Positions 1-11,205 of a DNA stretch of 37,862 nt are shown one piece after another; within the stretch, counting starts at the first letter, position 1, and every line of letters begins with the position of its first letter. Position numbers and translations under genes: made by a program. Below the pieces are notes generated by a model that did not search any database, had not been told where the DNA came from, and saw only the letters and a program-made list of their open reading frames with translations. This stretch comes from Jimgerdemannia flammicorona (taxonomy: Eukaryota), in the NCBI GenBank assembly GCA_003990765.1, contig RBNJ01000176.1:1-37862 (forward strand). The letters are read 5' to 3'.

Positions 1-54
1 ATAATCCCCACTACCATTCACCGAAACCGACTCAAGAAATATCATGGCCAGTAA
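1..54 (+). CDS. C-terminal tail of Ty3/Gypsy integrase (pol), 5' part outside the window
   Basis: Frame 1 reads IIPTTIHRNRLKKYHGQ*. This matches the HxNxLKxY end of Gypsy integrase (compare PVHTNCLKIY in element A). It is followed by an ORF, a PPT and an LTR. Confidence 0.75.
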   Translation: MIPTTIHRNRLKKYHGQ

Positions 55-505
55 CAAAAGTACCGCAATGGCACTCAAGATCACCAGTGCTGCCCAAAGA
101 GCCATCGAAAGACAATGGCACACCACCAAGCCTCCGACCATAGAGCCATTCTATGAGGATATTCAGAGTATTGTGCAGACTCATCTCTCTCGGATCTCGC
201 ACTTTAGAGCCTATCAATATCGAGCAGAATTCCAAGAGTACTTCAAGCTTGGACAGGTGCTCAATCAGGATCCATCAAAGACCAAGGAGGACTGGATTGC
301 CGAGTGTCAACTCTCCCACTCACAGATCACCATCACCAAAAGGATCCACAAGTTATTCCGGGAAGATGAACCAGCCATAGACCACCTGAGAGGAGTAACC
401 CCTACCGACTTTGAGAAAGTAAGGAGACATCATTGGGAAACAGTTATACAGCAAATTGCACAGTACAAAACCATACAGATGGTTGAAGCCTGGGAGTTTG
501 AATAG
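44..505 (+). CDS. Intact 153-aa accessory ORF of unknown function between integrase and PPT of an LTR retrotransposon
   Basis: Open ATG-to-TAG frame. The ATG overlaps the integrase end, and the stop lies 28 nt before the PPT. A decayed homolog occurs at 37028-37522. Confidence 0.8.
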   Translation: MASNKSTAMALKITSAAQRAIERQWHTTKPPTIEPFYEDIQSIVQTHLSRISHFRAYQYRAEFQEYFKLGQVLNQDPSKTKEDWIAECQLSHSQITITKRIHKLFREDEPAIDHLRGVTPTDFEKVRRHHWETVIQQIAQYKTIQMVEAWEFE

Positions 506-532
506 ATGCCTCAGGGACGAGACCATCTATTC

Positions 533-541
533 AGGAGGAAG
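533..541 (+). other. Polypurine tract
   Basis: AGGAGGAAG lies just before the LTR start TGTGAC at 543. Confidence 0.7.
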
Positions 542-542
542 T

Positions 543-1020
543 TGTGACGGTACAGCCAGATTTGAAAGAAGGAAATAGGGAATAGACACTTGATCACACC
601 CATTCCCAAAGTAGTATAGCATCATAGTTAGCAGCCCTTGATTTTGACATTGTCTAATTTCTTAGATATTGTCTAAATTTTAGACATTATCCAAATCGAA
701 TACCCTGATTTAGTATAGCATTTAGACATTGTCCAAATGTTTCGACAAAGTCCAAATGACTCATTTATTACTTAGCCACCCTCTTATAGCTAGCAAACTT
801 GTATAAATAACCCAGTATCTTCAAGTGAATAAACCTCAGATCGAAATAGTTCAAAAGCAAAGAGATAGCAAAGGAACTAGTAAGCCTGCAGGCAGATACA
901 CTTCGAACTCACCCACCCTCCCCTGCAACTTCAAGAAGACTCTGCGAGAGTCAGAACAGTCAAGTTTTCAAGATACAGAAATCCGACGTACTTTCAAGAG
1001 TAAGCGTCCGCTACGTTACA
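543..1020 (+). mobile_element. 3' LTR (478 bp) of a young Ty3/Gypsy element
   Basis: TGTGACG...CGTTACA inverted termini, TATA-like GTATAAATA near 801, AATAAA near 828. The core motif is shared with the LTRs at 16138 and 28679. CpGs are retained. Confidence 0.85.
642..757. repeat. Five near-palindromic TTAGACATTGTC(T/C)AAA-type motifs in U3 of the LTR
   Basis: Copies read ttgacattgtctaa, ttagatattgtctaa, ttagacattatccaa, ttagacattgtccaa and ttcgacaaagtccaa. Confidence 0.75.
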
Positions 1021-2040
1021 ATATATATCTATAAGTTTTTCTAACTAATGGTTTAAAATTTTGCAATTATTTTTTATTTTTTCTAACTTATATAAATATC
1101 TCAAATATTTGAGTAAATAAACTTTAGTTAGCTAGTTATTAGTTATTATAAAAAAAAAGAGTTCAAGTAAAGAACTTAATAATATATATATTACTAACTC
1201 TAAGATATTTTAGAAAATAATACTATTTTGAGCATAAGCTTAGAGTTAAAGTTGACAAACTTCTCTTACTATCTCAGAAAACTACTAAGAAAAAAAACTA
1301 CCATTGAAACCAAACTCTAGAAATAATCTAAGAGATCAAAAAATATACTTAGAATTTGCAAAAATAATTATCAAAAACTATACAAATACTCTATTAACTT
1401 AGAGAAGAATTTTAAATAATATGAATAAGCTATTATTATTCTAAATAATTAATTATATAACTAATTATTCAAATATTAACTTTAATTAGATATAAATAAA
1501 TTAAATATAATATTGAGTTAGAGTTAGTATAAAATATAAAGATATAAGTTTATAGAGATAACTAAGTAATATATTGAACTATATACTAGTTATAAGAGTT
1601 TTAAATTATATACTATAATATTTAAATTATTTATAATAATTAACTAATTTTAATTAATAGTAGATTAATTTACAATTATATATTATATATATTTTATTAT
1701 TATTCTAAAGTAAAAAAAATTAAAATTTAATTAATAAATAATTATCATACTTACTATTTTAATAATATTTTATTTATAAGTTTTAAATAAATAAAATAAT
1801 ATATTTCTTAATATAATTTTATAATCTATAGATATCTTATTTTAATTATAATAGATAAATTAACAAAAATAAAATATTTTAAATAAATATAAAAATATTG
1901 CTTATTACTTCAGAATTAAGTTCCAACTTATTTAAATAATTATATTATAATTACATACTACTTTAATGAAATATTTTTGAGTAATGCTTGATCTATTTGA
2001 AGTATTAAAAAATAAGTATAATAAGTATTTTGTTCATACT
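1021..2040. other. Extremely AT-rich eroded tract, probably an old mutated repeat
   Basis: Very low GC, TA-rich, essentially no CpG, no ORFs of 60 aa or more. Confidence 0.6.
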
Positions 2041-2522
2041 CTTATAATTGGTGGTTCTATAGATAATATTCAAAGACGAGTCGTGCAGCCACAGCCTTTA
2101 CTCCGGAAATGAGGAGCAGGCGCGCGCGTGAAAAAAAAATAAAAATAAAAATAAAAAAAAAAAGGTTGGTAATATTCATAGGGTCGAGTAGGCGAAAATT
2201 CAAGTTTGCATAATACCCAAAATGATCTAGTCCAGCAGGCTTCTGGACAAAACGGTTCGCAAGACACATTTAATGATATTACATAGTAAGATAGTTCAAA
2301 TACAGATGGTTACAAATATATTTCAGTCGTAGCGGAACGAACTAATAGTCGCGCGTAGACAAAATTCATTTTGATGCATAATTATGTGTCATTCTAGTCG
2401 TGTGTTTACTGTTTTACGGGTCCGTAGACATTCTGATATTCTCTCAATAGTAACGAGAACATATGTATTTTTAAAAGTTCATATACAAGCATATTCCATC
2501 GGGTCGATGTAATGGTCCCATA

Positions 2523-5272
2523 TTATCGCAAATAGAAGCTCTGCACCACCATCTTTTTCCCCGCCGTCTCCGTGACGTCCTCGCCCGGCGCCTCGACCAC
2601 GTACCGAATCTCAATGTCTAGTTCGCGCGGGTTGTCGAAGCCCTTGCGGCAGTTGAAGGTGCCTTGGAGGGCCGTGCCTGGTGTCGGGATAGCGAGTAAA
2701 AAACAATGTTAGCAAACAAGTCACGGAAGGAAAACACGTTAAAAGAGTCAGAATGTAGCAGGAAGAGGAAAGGGTAACATGCAAGAGTAGATACTCACCC
2801 TCCTCCACGTCCAACCCCTTCTCCAAAACGAACACGGTCTGCTTCCAATGCGTGTCGAAAGCCGCCGGGCCCGTGGTAAAGAACGTCTCACCCTCCTTCG
2901 CCTCATCGCCTTGTTTGAGCGGGATTGCATGCCCGTCCCTCGTGAACCAAGTATCGAACCACCCGACGAACGCGTGGATCGTGCCCTTCTTATTCACGAC
3001 GAGCTTAAATGGCGTAGAGAAGTCCAGCTGCTTCTTGGTGATAATCTGCAACGGTAGATCTTTGACGGTGACGATGTCTGTGACAATGGACCCCGGCTTG
3101 ACGAAGTCGACCACAGCCTCGCTCAGCGTCGACCTCTTCATGGGCGACATCTTGAACCCATACACATCGTCCCAGAAGTTGTACTGGTCGTTTTTGAAGT
3201 CCTCGTCGTCAATGGCGGCGAGGAGGACACGCGTCTGCGAGGGGGCGAGGATGCCGCCTGGGGCGAGGAACCGGTCGCGAGCCACGAGGACCGAGTCGAG
3301 CATAGCCTCGTACAACAAGAAATAACCCATCCACTCCGAGATGATGATGTCAACCTTGGCGACGGGGAGGGTGATCTCCTCCACCCTGCCGCGGATCAGC
3401 GTGATCACGTCCGAGAGGCCGTTCTCGGCAACAATCTCGCGTGCCTTCTCGATGATGCCAGAGTTGTCGACGGAGAAGATACGCGCGGCGCCAGAGCGAG
3501 CGGCAAACATTGAGAGGATGCCCGTGCCGCAGCCAACGTCCAGCACGGTCTTGCCCTTGAAGATGTCCTTGTTCTCATAAATGAAATCTCGGTAAGATTC
3601 GGTGCGGACGCGGTCTTTAAGCATAGATTGATGGATTTCTGTTTTTCATGGGTTGGTAGCAAAAAGATCATGAATATAAATTCTTTGTTCCTCCGCCACA
3701 CTCATAATTAGTAATCTGCCCATACTACTCTGACGCTTACCGTTATGGGCATAAGAGTTAAAGTAGTAATTGCCATCATCATCGAATCCTGTAAAGCCGC
3801 TGCGCAGACTCAGGGAGCGTTCACTATATGCGCAAGAAAAAAAAAAAAAAAAAAAAAGCCAGCTGTGAGATCGGCCATCCTTTGAACTCATGACACAACC
3901 TCACTTTAAATATTCACATATCCTCATTACTATTCACATTTCCCCTTCCCATCCCTGCCGGCCCAATCTCCAAAAGCTACGAGCATACCGACACCTACCT
4001 CCTTAGATCGTCCGCCATTGAGTCAAAGAAGGTGGTTTTCACCATGGCGCGGTACTCGCCGTACTGCATCTCGACGCGGCGCAGCTGTTCTTGCGTCGCG
4101 CGCAACCGCGTCAGCAGTTCGCGCTCCAAGTCTGTTGTCGGCTTGTACTCCTCGTCCTCGGCCACGGCGCGACAGCCGAACGCGGCGGTGGAGTCGTCGT
4201 CGGCGAATTCCGAGTCCAAGTCGAGATCCTCAAAGGCTAGAAGGTGGGATGTATGGCAAGACACATATATTCAGATGGTGGTGTCAAAGGAAATTTCTCA
4301 CTCTCCATATCCCATGCGCCTCGCCCCGCCCCTCTGTTCCGTCGTTATCTGCCCATTTACAGCGCCTTAAATCCCACCCGTGCCAAATCACACCTTTAGT
4401 CACAACCTACCATACAGCAGTGTGTCATCCTCCATTACGGGTCTGAGCAAGTCATCGTCCTGCAGGAACTCCTCCTCGCCTGTTACCTTGAACTCGGTCG
4501 TGTTCTCAAACTCGGAGTCATTGGTAGCTAGCCGCCGTATGTGGTTGATAAGACGAACAGACTGGTAGAAGTCGAGTTCTGAGTGCCAAAAATCAGCCAA
4601 TTGCGCCATGTCATTGAGTCGTGTGCAATGCAACTTCCTCATAACGACAGGCTCCATCATCAGTTCACCCAAAAATAATTTCTTTCTGTCCGTCATGCCC
4701 GCCGTTTGCGTTCTCTACAGTTTCAGTCTGCGTTAGAAATACTTACTCAGGTCCTGTCGTGTCTTGAGGAAGTCGAACCCATGCGCTGCGGTGCAGTGAG
4801 CGAAAATCTCGGCAGCCTCCGGGAAGAGCTGTGCGCAGAAGAGGCATTTGGGATCTGCTTGCACATTCTCTTCGTCCTCTTCCCAGTCGTCCCACGTGTT
4901 GTCTACAATGAAGAAATGGAATGGGAAAAAAGAGAGTGAACCGGCGGGTGACGATAACAGTCTCGCAATGCGAAACTTGATCCACACATTGCATTCACGC
5001 GTACCTGCCGGATCCAGCTCTGACTCGGTATACTCGGACGGGACGTACTGAGGCCCAGGCCCGCGCCAGCCCTGTGGGAGATTAAGCAGGTGAGTGTGGG
5101 AGGATGAGGCAGGCCTCTGCTGGAATTGTTGCTGCAGCTCGCGCTGGCGCTCAGCAACCTCTTGCTCGGCCTTCAATTTCTGAATGGGGTTCTGGACAGC
5201 ATCGGAGCCCGGATGAACGGGGACGGCTTTGGAAGCTTCATAGGCAGCTGCGGTGCGGGAGGGGAGGCGCAT
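2523..5272 (-). CDS. PRMT3: Protein arginine N-methyltransferase 3 (PRMT3/Rmt3); exons 5272-5005, 4902-4747, 4578-4411, 4236-3999, 3823-3741, 3638-2799, 2677-2523; 1908 nt, about 635 aa
   Basis: All six introns are GT-AG with consistent phases. The protein has an N-terminal C2H2 finger (CLFC...HCTAAH), LDFYQSVRLINHIR, YFNSY, motif I VLDVGCGTGILSMF, double-E loop IISEWMGYFLLYE and the THW loop. The zinc finger distinguishes PRMT3 from PRMT1. Confidence 0.93.
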
Positions 5273-5331
5273 TGTCGGAATGGTGTTGGCCCCAGGAAGG
5301 TATGAAATGAAATGGATGTATCGGTGGCTTT

Positions 5332-5344
5332 GCTTATATATTAA
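5332..5344 (-). promoter_or_regulatory. TATA-like element about 65 bp upstream of the PRMT3 ATG
   Basis: Minus strand reads TTAATATATAAGC. Position only; not verified. Confidence 0.3.
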
Positions 5345-5369
5345 AGAAGAAAAAAAAGGACTACTGACC

Positions 5370-5608
5370 TATTTAAATATTACATTTTTATAAATAAAAT
5401 TAATATTTTATTAGTATTTAAAATTATTATAATTAAAAAAGTAAACTTTCATTTATATTTAATATATTTATAATAGTTAAAATATTATATTATTATTTAT
5501 AAATTAATTTTTATAATTTAAATAAAAATATATTAAATAAGTTTATAATGGCTCTTAGATTATAATAGGGAAATTTGAATAATACAAAAAGTTAAAAATC
5601 TAGAATTA

Positions 5609-5641
<33 letters not shown>

Positions 5642-6211
5642 AACACATATAAATTTATATATCATATTTACAATTTAAAAGATTATTAAGTTAATTAATA
5701 TTATTAAGATATTTAATATTTAATTATAAATATTACTTAGATAATAGCTTAGTATAAATATTATTAAAAATAAAATATCAAAACTTCTATTTTATATTAG
5801 ATTAGAAAATTCAGAATTAATATTTATAAATATCTTAGATAAACTTATATTTTTATTTTGTTAAAATCTATAATTAAAACTTTATTTAAATTTTATAATT
5901 ATAATTTATTTATTATTAATTTAACAAATAGTAATCTAGTTATTATTTTTTATATTTAGTATAATAGTTGATTTAAATTAGGAATATAAATCAGAGAAAT
6001 AAATATTTGATCATAATATCTAAATCTGATTCTCAAATATAGTATAGTCTTAGGAATAGCAGTTATTTTACAAATATTAAAGTTTTTACAAATATTAAAA
6101 TTTCACAGATATTAAATCTTAATAATTGTCAAAGATTTAATAGATATTAAGAATTAATACTTGTGAAAAGTAACTTATAGGAAATATACTCATAATTTAG
6201 TCATCTTATAG
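5370..6211. other. AT-rich eroded tract with a (TA)n microsatellite near 5614-5641
   Basis: Very low GC, no long ORFs, TA dinucleotide run. Confidence 0.6.
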
Positions 6212-7643
6212 TATAAGAGAGTTACTTATTAGAGTAACTGTTATATAGTTCTGAAAGAATTTTCTAGAAGTTCTGGATATTCTAGAAGACTGTTTTCTAA
6301 AGGTCAAGATCAATTTCATATAGAGTACATCCTCTATACTTATTGATTTCAAGATCAAGTTGATATCTCAACTAAAGTCCTTTTTCAGACTAGTTCTGAA
6401 TATTCAGAATTTTTCATATTTCAGGAAGTTTAAGAAACTAAGACTAGCTTAGTTGAATCAGTATATCACTGCAGACAATACCCAATTAGGAAATTTTATG
6501 ATATGGTTAGGAGTGAGACCTAATAGGATACAGATTTACTTAAAAGTAATTTGTGGATTATTAAATAGATTTATACACTATTTATGATATTACTATACTA
6601 AGAGTATTATGTGAAGAGATATTATAAAGAAGTGTTCAGAATTGTTCTTATCTGTTCAAGTCTGAGATTCTGAGGTCTGAAGGAGGGGATATTTATACTA
6701 ATGGAAGACTATCTGAACTAGGCTAAATATAGATATAGCACTTAGTATCTTGCTGAGTTAGTTTGTAGTCATATTATATAAGACTAATCTAACTATACTA
6801 ATGCCTGCTAAGCTATTTATAGGTTTAGACATTATCTGGATAGTCTTCAATGATATCATCTTTGATGACATCATCTCTAATAATATCTGAGTAGTTTTCT
6901 AACTTCTGATATCATCAATTTGAAAGATATCATTATCTCTATCTCTTGTAAATTAAAGCTATCCTCAGTAGTAATAGTTATACAAGAATAACAGATCTTG
7001 GTTCTCTTTTTTTTTTGAACTATTAGTGTATTTGCAAGGACTGACCATTCTTGTCTAGAGTGAGGGCCCTTATTGTTGTGGCTGGGGGTTCAAATCTCTC
7101 AAAAATAATATTTTCTATAATCTGAGATAATTTCTAATAGTAATATCTATCATATAGATAAACTTGAGATTGGTTTTGACAATGTCAGCTTTCTTGAGTT
7201 CAGATAAAACATCTATTATTCTCTAATAAAGGTGATACAAATAGAGTGAATGAAGTTATCCAAATATATTTTACTTCTGTTAAGTAATAAGGTCTTATAT
7301 AGTTACAGTATATCTTAGTTTTGAGTTGATAAGTATAGTTCATGAACCTTTGGTAGATGAGATAGATTCTTCTCATTTTGGTTTGAGTTTGATACTTTAG
7401 TTTTCTTTTATAATAGTATAGTATATCAAAACTAATTATAGAAGTTCAGAGTCAGTCTTATAGTTGTAGTACTTTTTCTGGTATTCTTATATGTATCTTA
7501 GTAGTAAGTTCTCATACTTGCTGGTATATTTTGTATAATCAGGTAATCTCTTCAGTAACTTGTTTTGTGATCTTATATGTGATTTCTAAATTAGTTCTGA
7601 GGGTGATATGTGATTTTGGTGGCTTGGAGATTATATACTTACA
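6212..7643 (-). mobile_element. 3' LTR of element C (about 1.43 kb)
   Basis: Minus strand starts TGTAAG right after the PPT and ends CTTATA (CTTACA in the 5' copy). Colinear with 7833-10650 and 13859-16137. Confidence 0.8.
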
Positions 7644-7644
7644 A

Positions 7645-7657
7645 CTCTCCTCTTCTT
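7645..7657 (-). other. Polypurine tract of element C
   Basis: Minus strand AAGAAGAGGAGAG lies 1 nt before the LTR start TGTAAG. Confidence 0.75.
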
Positions 7658-7689
7658 AGCTTTTGATGTCCTCATTGAGGTCTTCTAAT

Positions 7690-7791
7690 TTGATCTAGTG
7701 TTGTTATATCATTTGGATAATTCTTGTGGCTATATTTGTTGAGGATTTGTTCAACTTTGTATTCTTTCTAATTATTAATAATGACAGATAT
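7690..7791 (-). pseudogene. Chromodomain relic of element C
   Basis: Reads ISVIINN*KEYKVEQILNK, matching the PVII...EEYEVE.IL start of chromoviral chromodomains, just upstream of the PPT. Confidence 0.6.
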
Positions 7792-7832
7792 AGGTAGTTT
7801 TGTGATTTGGTTTGAAAATATATCTCAGAATT

Positions 7833-10650
7833 TATAAGAGGGTTTACTTATTAGGGTAACCATTACATAGTTCTAGAGGGGTTTTCTGGAGGTTCTGGAT
7901 ATTCTGGAAGACCATTTTCTTAAGGTCAAGATCAATTTCATATAGAGTATGTTCTCTTTTTTTTTTTTTTTTTTATAGTTACTTGGACTCCATCCTTTAT
8001 TAATATGTCTATCTATCCTCTATATAATACACAGTGCCCCACCCCTATCTGATCCCCCTAGGGCCCCCTCTCCCACTCTCTCTCGATGAAAGACCACTTT
8101 GTCAAGTACCATCTCTACCTACCCACCACTCTATCTACAGATCTCTTCTACCAGATATCAACATCACCCACCCTAGAGACCTCACCAAATCTACCACCCA
8201 GTCAGTAGATCTCCCACCAATGCCTCCCACCTCAACAACTTCTCCTGCATCCCTATTTGTTGCCCTTCCTCAAAAACAAAGAGCCAATGTCCAGCCAACT
8301 CTATCTACACTGCAATAACCCACCCTATCATGAGCTACTCATTTCCAATACCTTCTATCAGTCTAGATTTCAAATCCTCCCAGCGACTCCTCTCTCCATC
8401 TGGCCTCCTTCCTATACCCAGCTGGGCCCCTATAGTAATCCAAAAGTCCCCCAAAACCTTACACTCTCTCAGCCAATATTCTGACATCTGCACAACTCCC
8501 CTAGCCTATCCTACATTATAACACTCCTTACAATCCAGATGACCACCATCCACCAGATACCCAGCATGGAAATTTAACATAACATTCCTCCACAGTATTT
8601 ACCACCAAACTACCCAGAATTTGAGAGGAAGCCACCTCCATACCTCAGTACTCTAGGACCAGATTTCTACCCAGTTCCACTCCTCACCAATTCCCACTAC
8701 CTGCCAACTCCTTGGCCAAAGATCCTGGCCAAGTTTCTGCTGATACTCTACTCCATTGCCAATGTCAAACTCAGCAAGCAGAGTCCCCCCTAGAAGCAGT
8801 TAGTCCCATTGACACATAGCAGGGCCCTACACCACCTCTCTCTCATTGCCACACTAGTGCAGGTCTATTTGGTGAGCCCCATCCATCACTCTTCACCAGA
8901 AGTCTCTATATCTCATCTGTTGGCTTCTATTCAGACCCACCAGAGAGAGCAAATCTCCTGAGAACCCTTAAGGGGAGAATCTCATCTCCCACACCTTCTG
9001 TATCAGCAGTACCCAACCTTCTCCCTGCAGCTCTACTGCTCTTTTCAACCACCAAGCTTACAGACAGTGTAGCCACTTAGGGAAATCTACCAGACCTAGG
9101 CCTCCCCTAATTCCTGGCTCTACAAGGGTATCTCAACTGATCTGGGACCTTCTTCCTGCCCAAATCCAATCCCTAGCCAGCTTCATCAGCCTCTTCACTA
9201 CTTAGGCTGAAAAGTCTAAGTGATATACCACATACCATAGCTTGGGGAACCAGTATGAAGTATGTCCTCTATACTTATTGATTTCAAGATCAGGTTAATG
9301 TCTCAACCAAAGTCCTTTTTTGGACTAGTTCCAAATGTTCAGGATTTTCTGTATTTCAGAAAGTTCAAGAAACTAAGATCAGCTTAGTTGAATTGGCATA
9401 TCACTGTAGACAATATCCAATTAGGAAATTTCATAATGGGGTTAGGAGTGAGACCTAATGGGGAGTGGATTTACTTAAGAGTGGTTTGTGGATTATTAAA
9501 TAGGTTTATTCATTATTCATAATATTACTATACTAGGAGTAGTTGTGTGAAGGAGTATTGTGGGGAAGTGTTCAGGAGTTGTATTGGATTATTCAAGTCT
9601 TCAAGTCTGAGATTCTGAGGTCTGAAGGAGAGAATATTTATACTAGTGAGGGGCTATCTAGACTATGCTAGATATAGATGTAGCACTTAGTACCTTGCTG
9701 AGTCAGAATATAGCTACATAATATAAGTGTGATCTGATATATCAAAAGATTGTCTGACTGTTGAGTCAGTTCACAGTTATATCATATAAGGCTAATCTAA
9801 CTATACTATGACTGCTAAGCTATTTATAGATTTAGGTACTGTCTGATTAGTCTTTGATGATATTATTATTGATAACATCATTGCTGGCAAAGTCTGAGCA
9901 GTTTTCTGACTTCTGATATCATCAGTTTCAAAGATATCATTACTTCTATCTTTTGCAAGATTAAGACTGTCCTTGGTGGTGGTGGTTGTACAAGGATAAC
10001 AGGTCTTGGTTCTCTTTTTTTTTTTAATGTGCTGGCATATCTGCAAGAACTGGTCATTCTTGTCTAGGGTAAGAGCTTCCAATATCATGGCTGAGAGTTC
10101 AAACTTCTCAGAAATGATATTTTCTATAATCTGAGGCAATTTCTAGTAGTAATATCTGTCATATGGATGGGCTTGAGATTGGTTTTGACAATGTTAACTT
10201 TCTTGAGTTCAGATAAAGTGTCCATTACTCTCCAACAGAGGTGATACAGATAGAGCAAATAGAGTTGTTCAAATGCATTTTACTTCTGCTAAGTAATGAA
10301 GTCTTGTATAGTTATGGTATATCTTGGTCTTGAGTTGATAAGTGCAGTTCATGAACCTTTTGATAGATAAGATAGGGTTCTTCTTGTCTTGGTTTGAGTT
10401 TGGTACTTTTGGTTTTCTTTTGTAATAATACAGTATACCAAACTAGTTATAGAGGTTCAGAGTTAGTCTTATGGTTGTAGTACTTCTTCTGGTATTCTTA
10501 TGTCTTGGTAGTAGATTCTTATACTTGCTAGCATATTTTGTGTAACTAGATGATCTCTTCAGTAACTTGTTTTGTAGTCTCGCATGTGGTTTCCAAATTG
10601 GTTCTGAGGATGATATGTGATTTTAGTGGCTTGAAGGTTGTGTGCTTATA
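7833..10650 (-). mobile_element. Solo LTR of family C inserted into element C
   Basis: Full LTR copy (TATAAG...CTTATA on the + strand) flanked by a 5-bp TSD GAATT at 7828-7832 and 10651-10655. Confidence 0.85.
7957..9258 (-). mobile_element. 5'-truncated L1/Tx1-like non-LTR retrotransposon (ORF2 C-terminal part)
   Basis: Poly(A) tail (T run 7957-7974) and an 11-12 bp TSD AGTATGT(T/C)CTC. Absent from the other two LTR copies. Translation gives PKLWY...WIWAG...IS*DTL..P..RGGLGLVD and a zf-RVT-like CKEC...C. Confidence 0.85.
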
Positions 10651-10899
10651 GAATTTCTAGAGTAATGGTCTGATATGGCTGTTAACTTTGAAAAAGTCTT
10701 CTTTGAGGTTCTCAGGTTCTCCTTTGGATAGTTAAATAGAGATAGTAAAGAGAGGGCATTTCTTGGTCAATTTCTTGAGTTGTAACTTATTGATGTGGGT
10801 GATCTTTGGTCTAGGGTCACTAGAACTGAGTGAGTTTTTTTCATCTTATGGTTTGAAATTGTGGTGTCCCTTCTTGATGGTCAGAGGATAGTTTACTCA

Positions 10900-11205
10900 A
10901 TTGATCATAAGGTTCTCTTGTTTTAACCATGAGGTCCCAAGGATGATTTCATTATCAGAAAGTAGTATAATCTGGAGAGTAATATATACTTGGTAGTCAT
11001 CAATTCAGAAGATAGGTTGTAGACTTCCTTACTAATGATATGAGAGGTTCCATCAGCTATAGTAACTGCTTGAGTCTGTTATATTGGAGAGGTCAGAACC
11101 TTGAGTCTGTTGACTGTTTCTTCATTGATGAAGTTGCCTGAGACACCACTGTCTATCATAATCTTGACAGATACTTGATTGACAAAAGCTTGAAGTGTAA
11201 GCAGT
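10900..11205 (-). pseudogene. Retropepsin (aspartic protease) of element C
   Basis: Reads VKIMIDSGVSGNFI (DSG at 11145-11153) and IILGTSWLKQENLMI. Confidence 0.8.

Noticed and set aside
44..505. ORF3 as an env gene
   Set aside because: Too short, with no visible signal peptide, transmembrane segment or furin site.
825..1034. 69-aa ORF
   Set aside because: GTG start inside the R/U5 part of the LTR, crossing the element boundary.
2057..2269. Short minus-strand ORFs downstream of PRMT3
   Set aside because: They cross A-rich low-complexity runs giving poly-Phe and show no motifs; likely intergenic or UTR.
2611..3624. 337-aa ORF as a complete PRMT1-like protein
   Set aside because: It is most of exon 6 of PRMT3 reading through into intron 6. 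The spliced gene runs 5272-2523.
2848..5310. Plus-strand and alternate-frame ORFs overlapping PRMT3
   Set aside because: Shadow ORFs of GC-rich coding sequence with no recognisable motifs.
9801..10139. 112-aa minus-strand ORF
   Set aside because: It lies within LTR sequence across a poly-A/T tract and is not reported as an ORF in the sister LTR copy.
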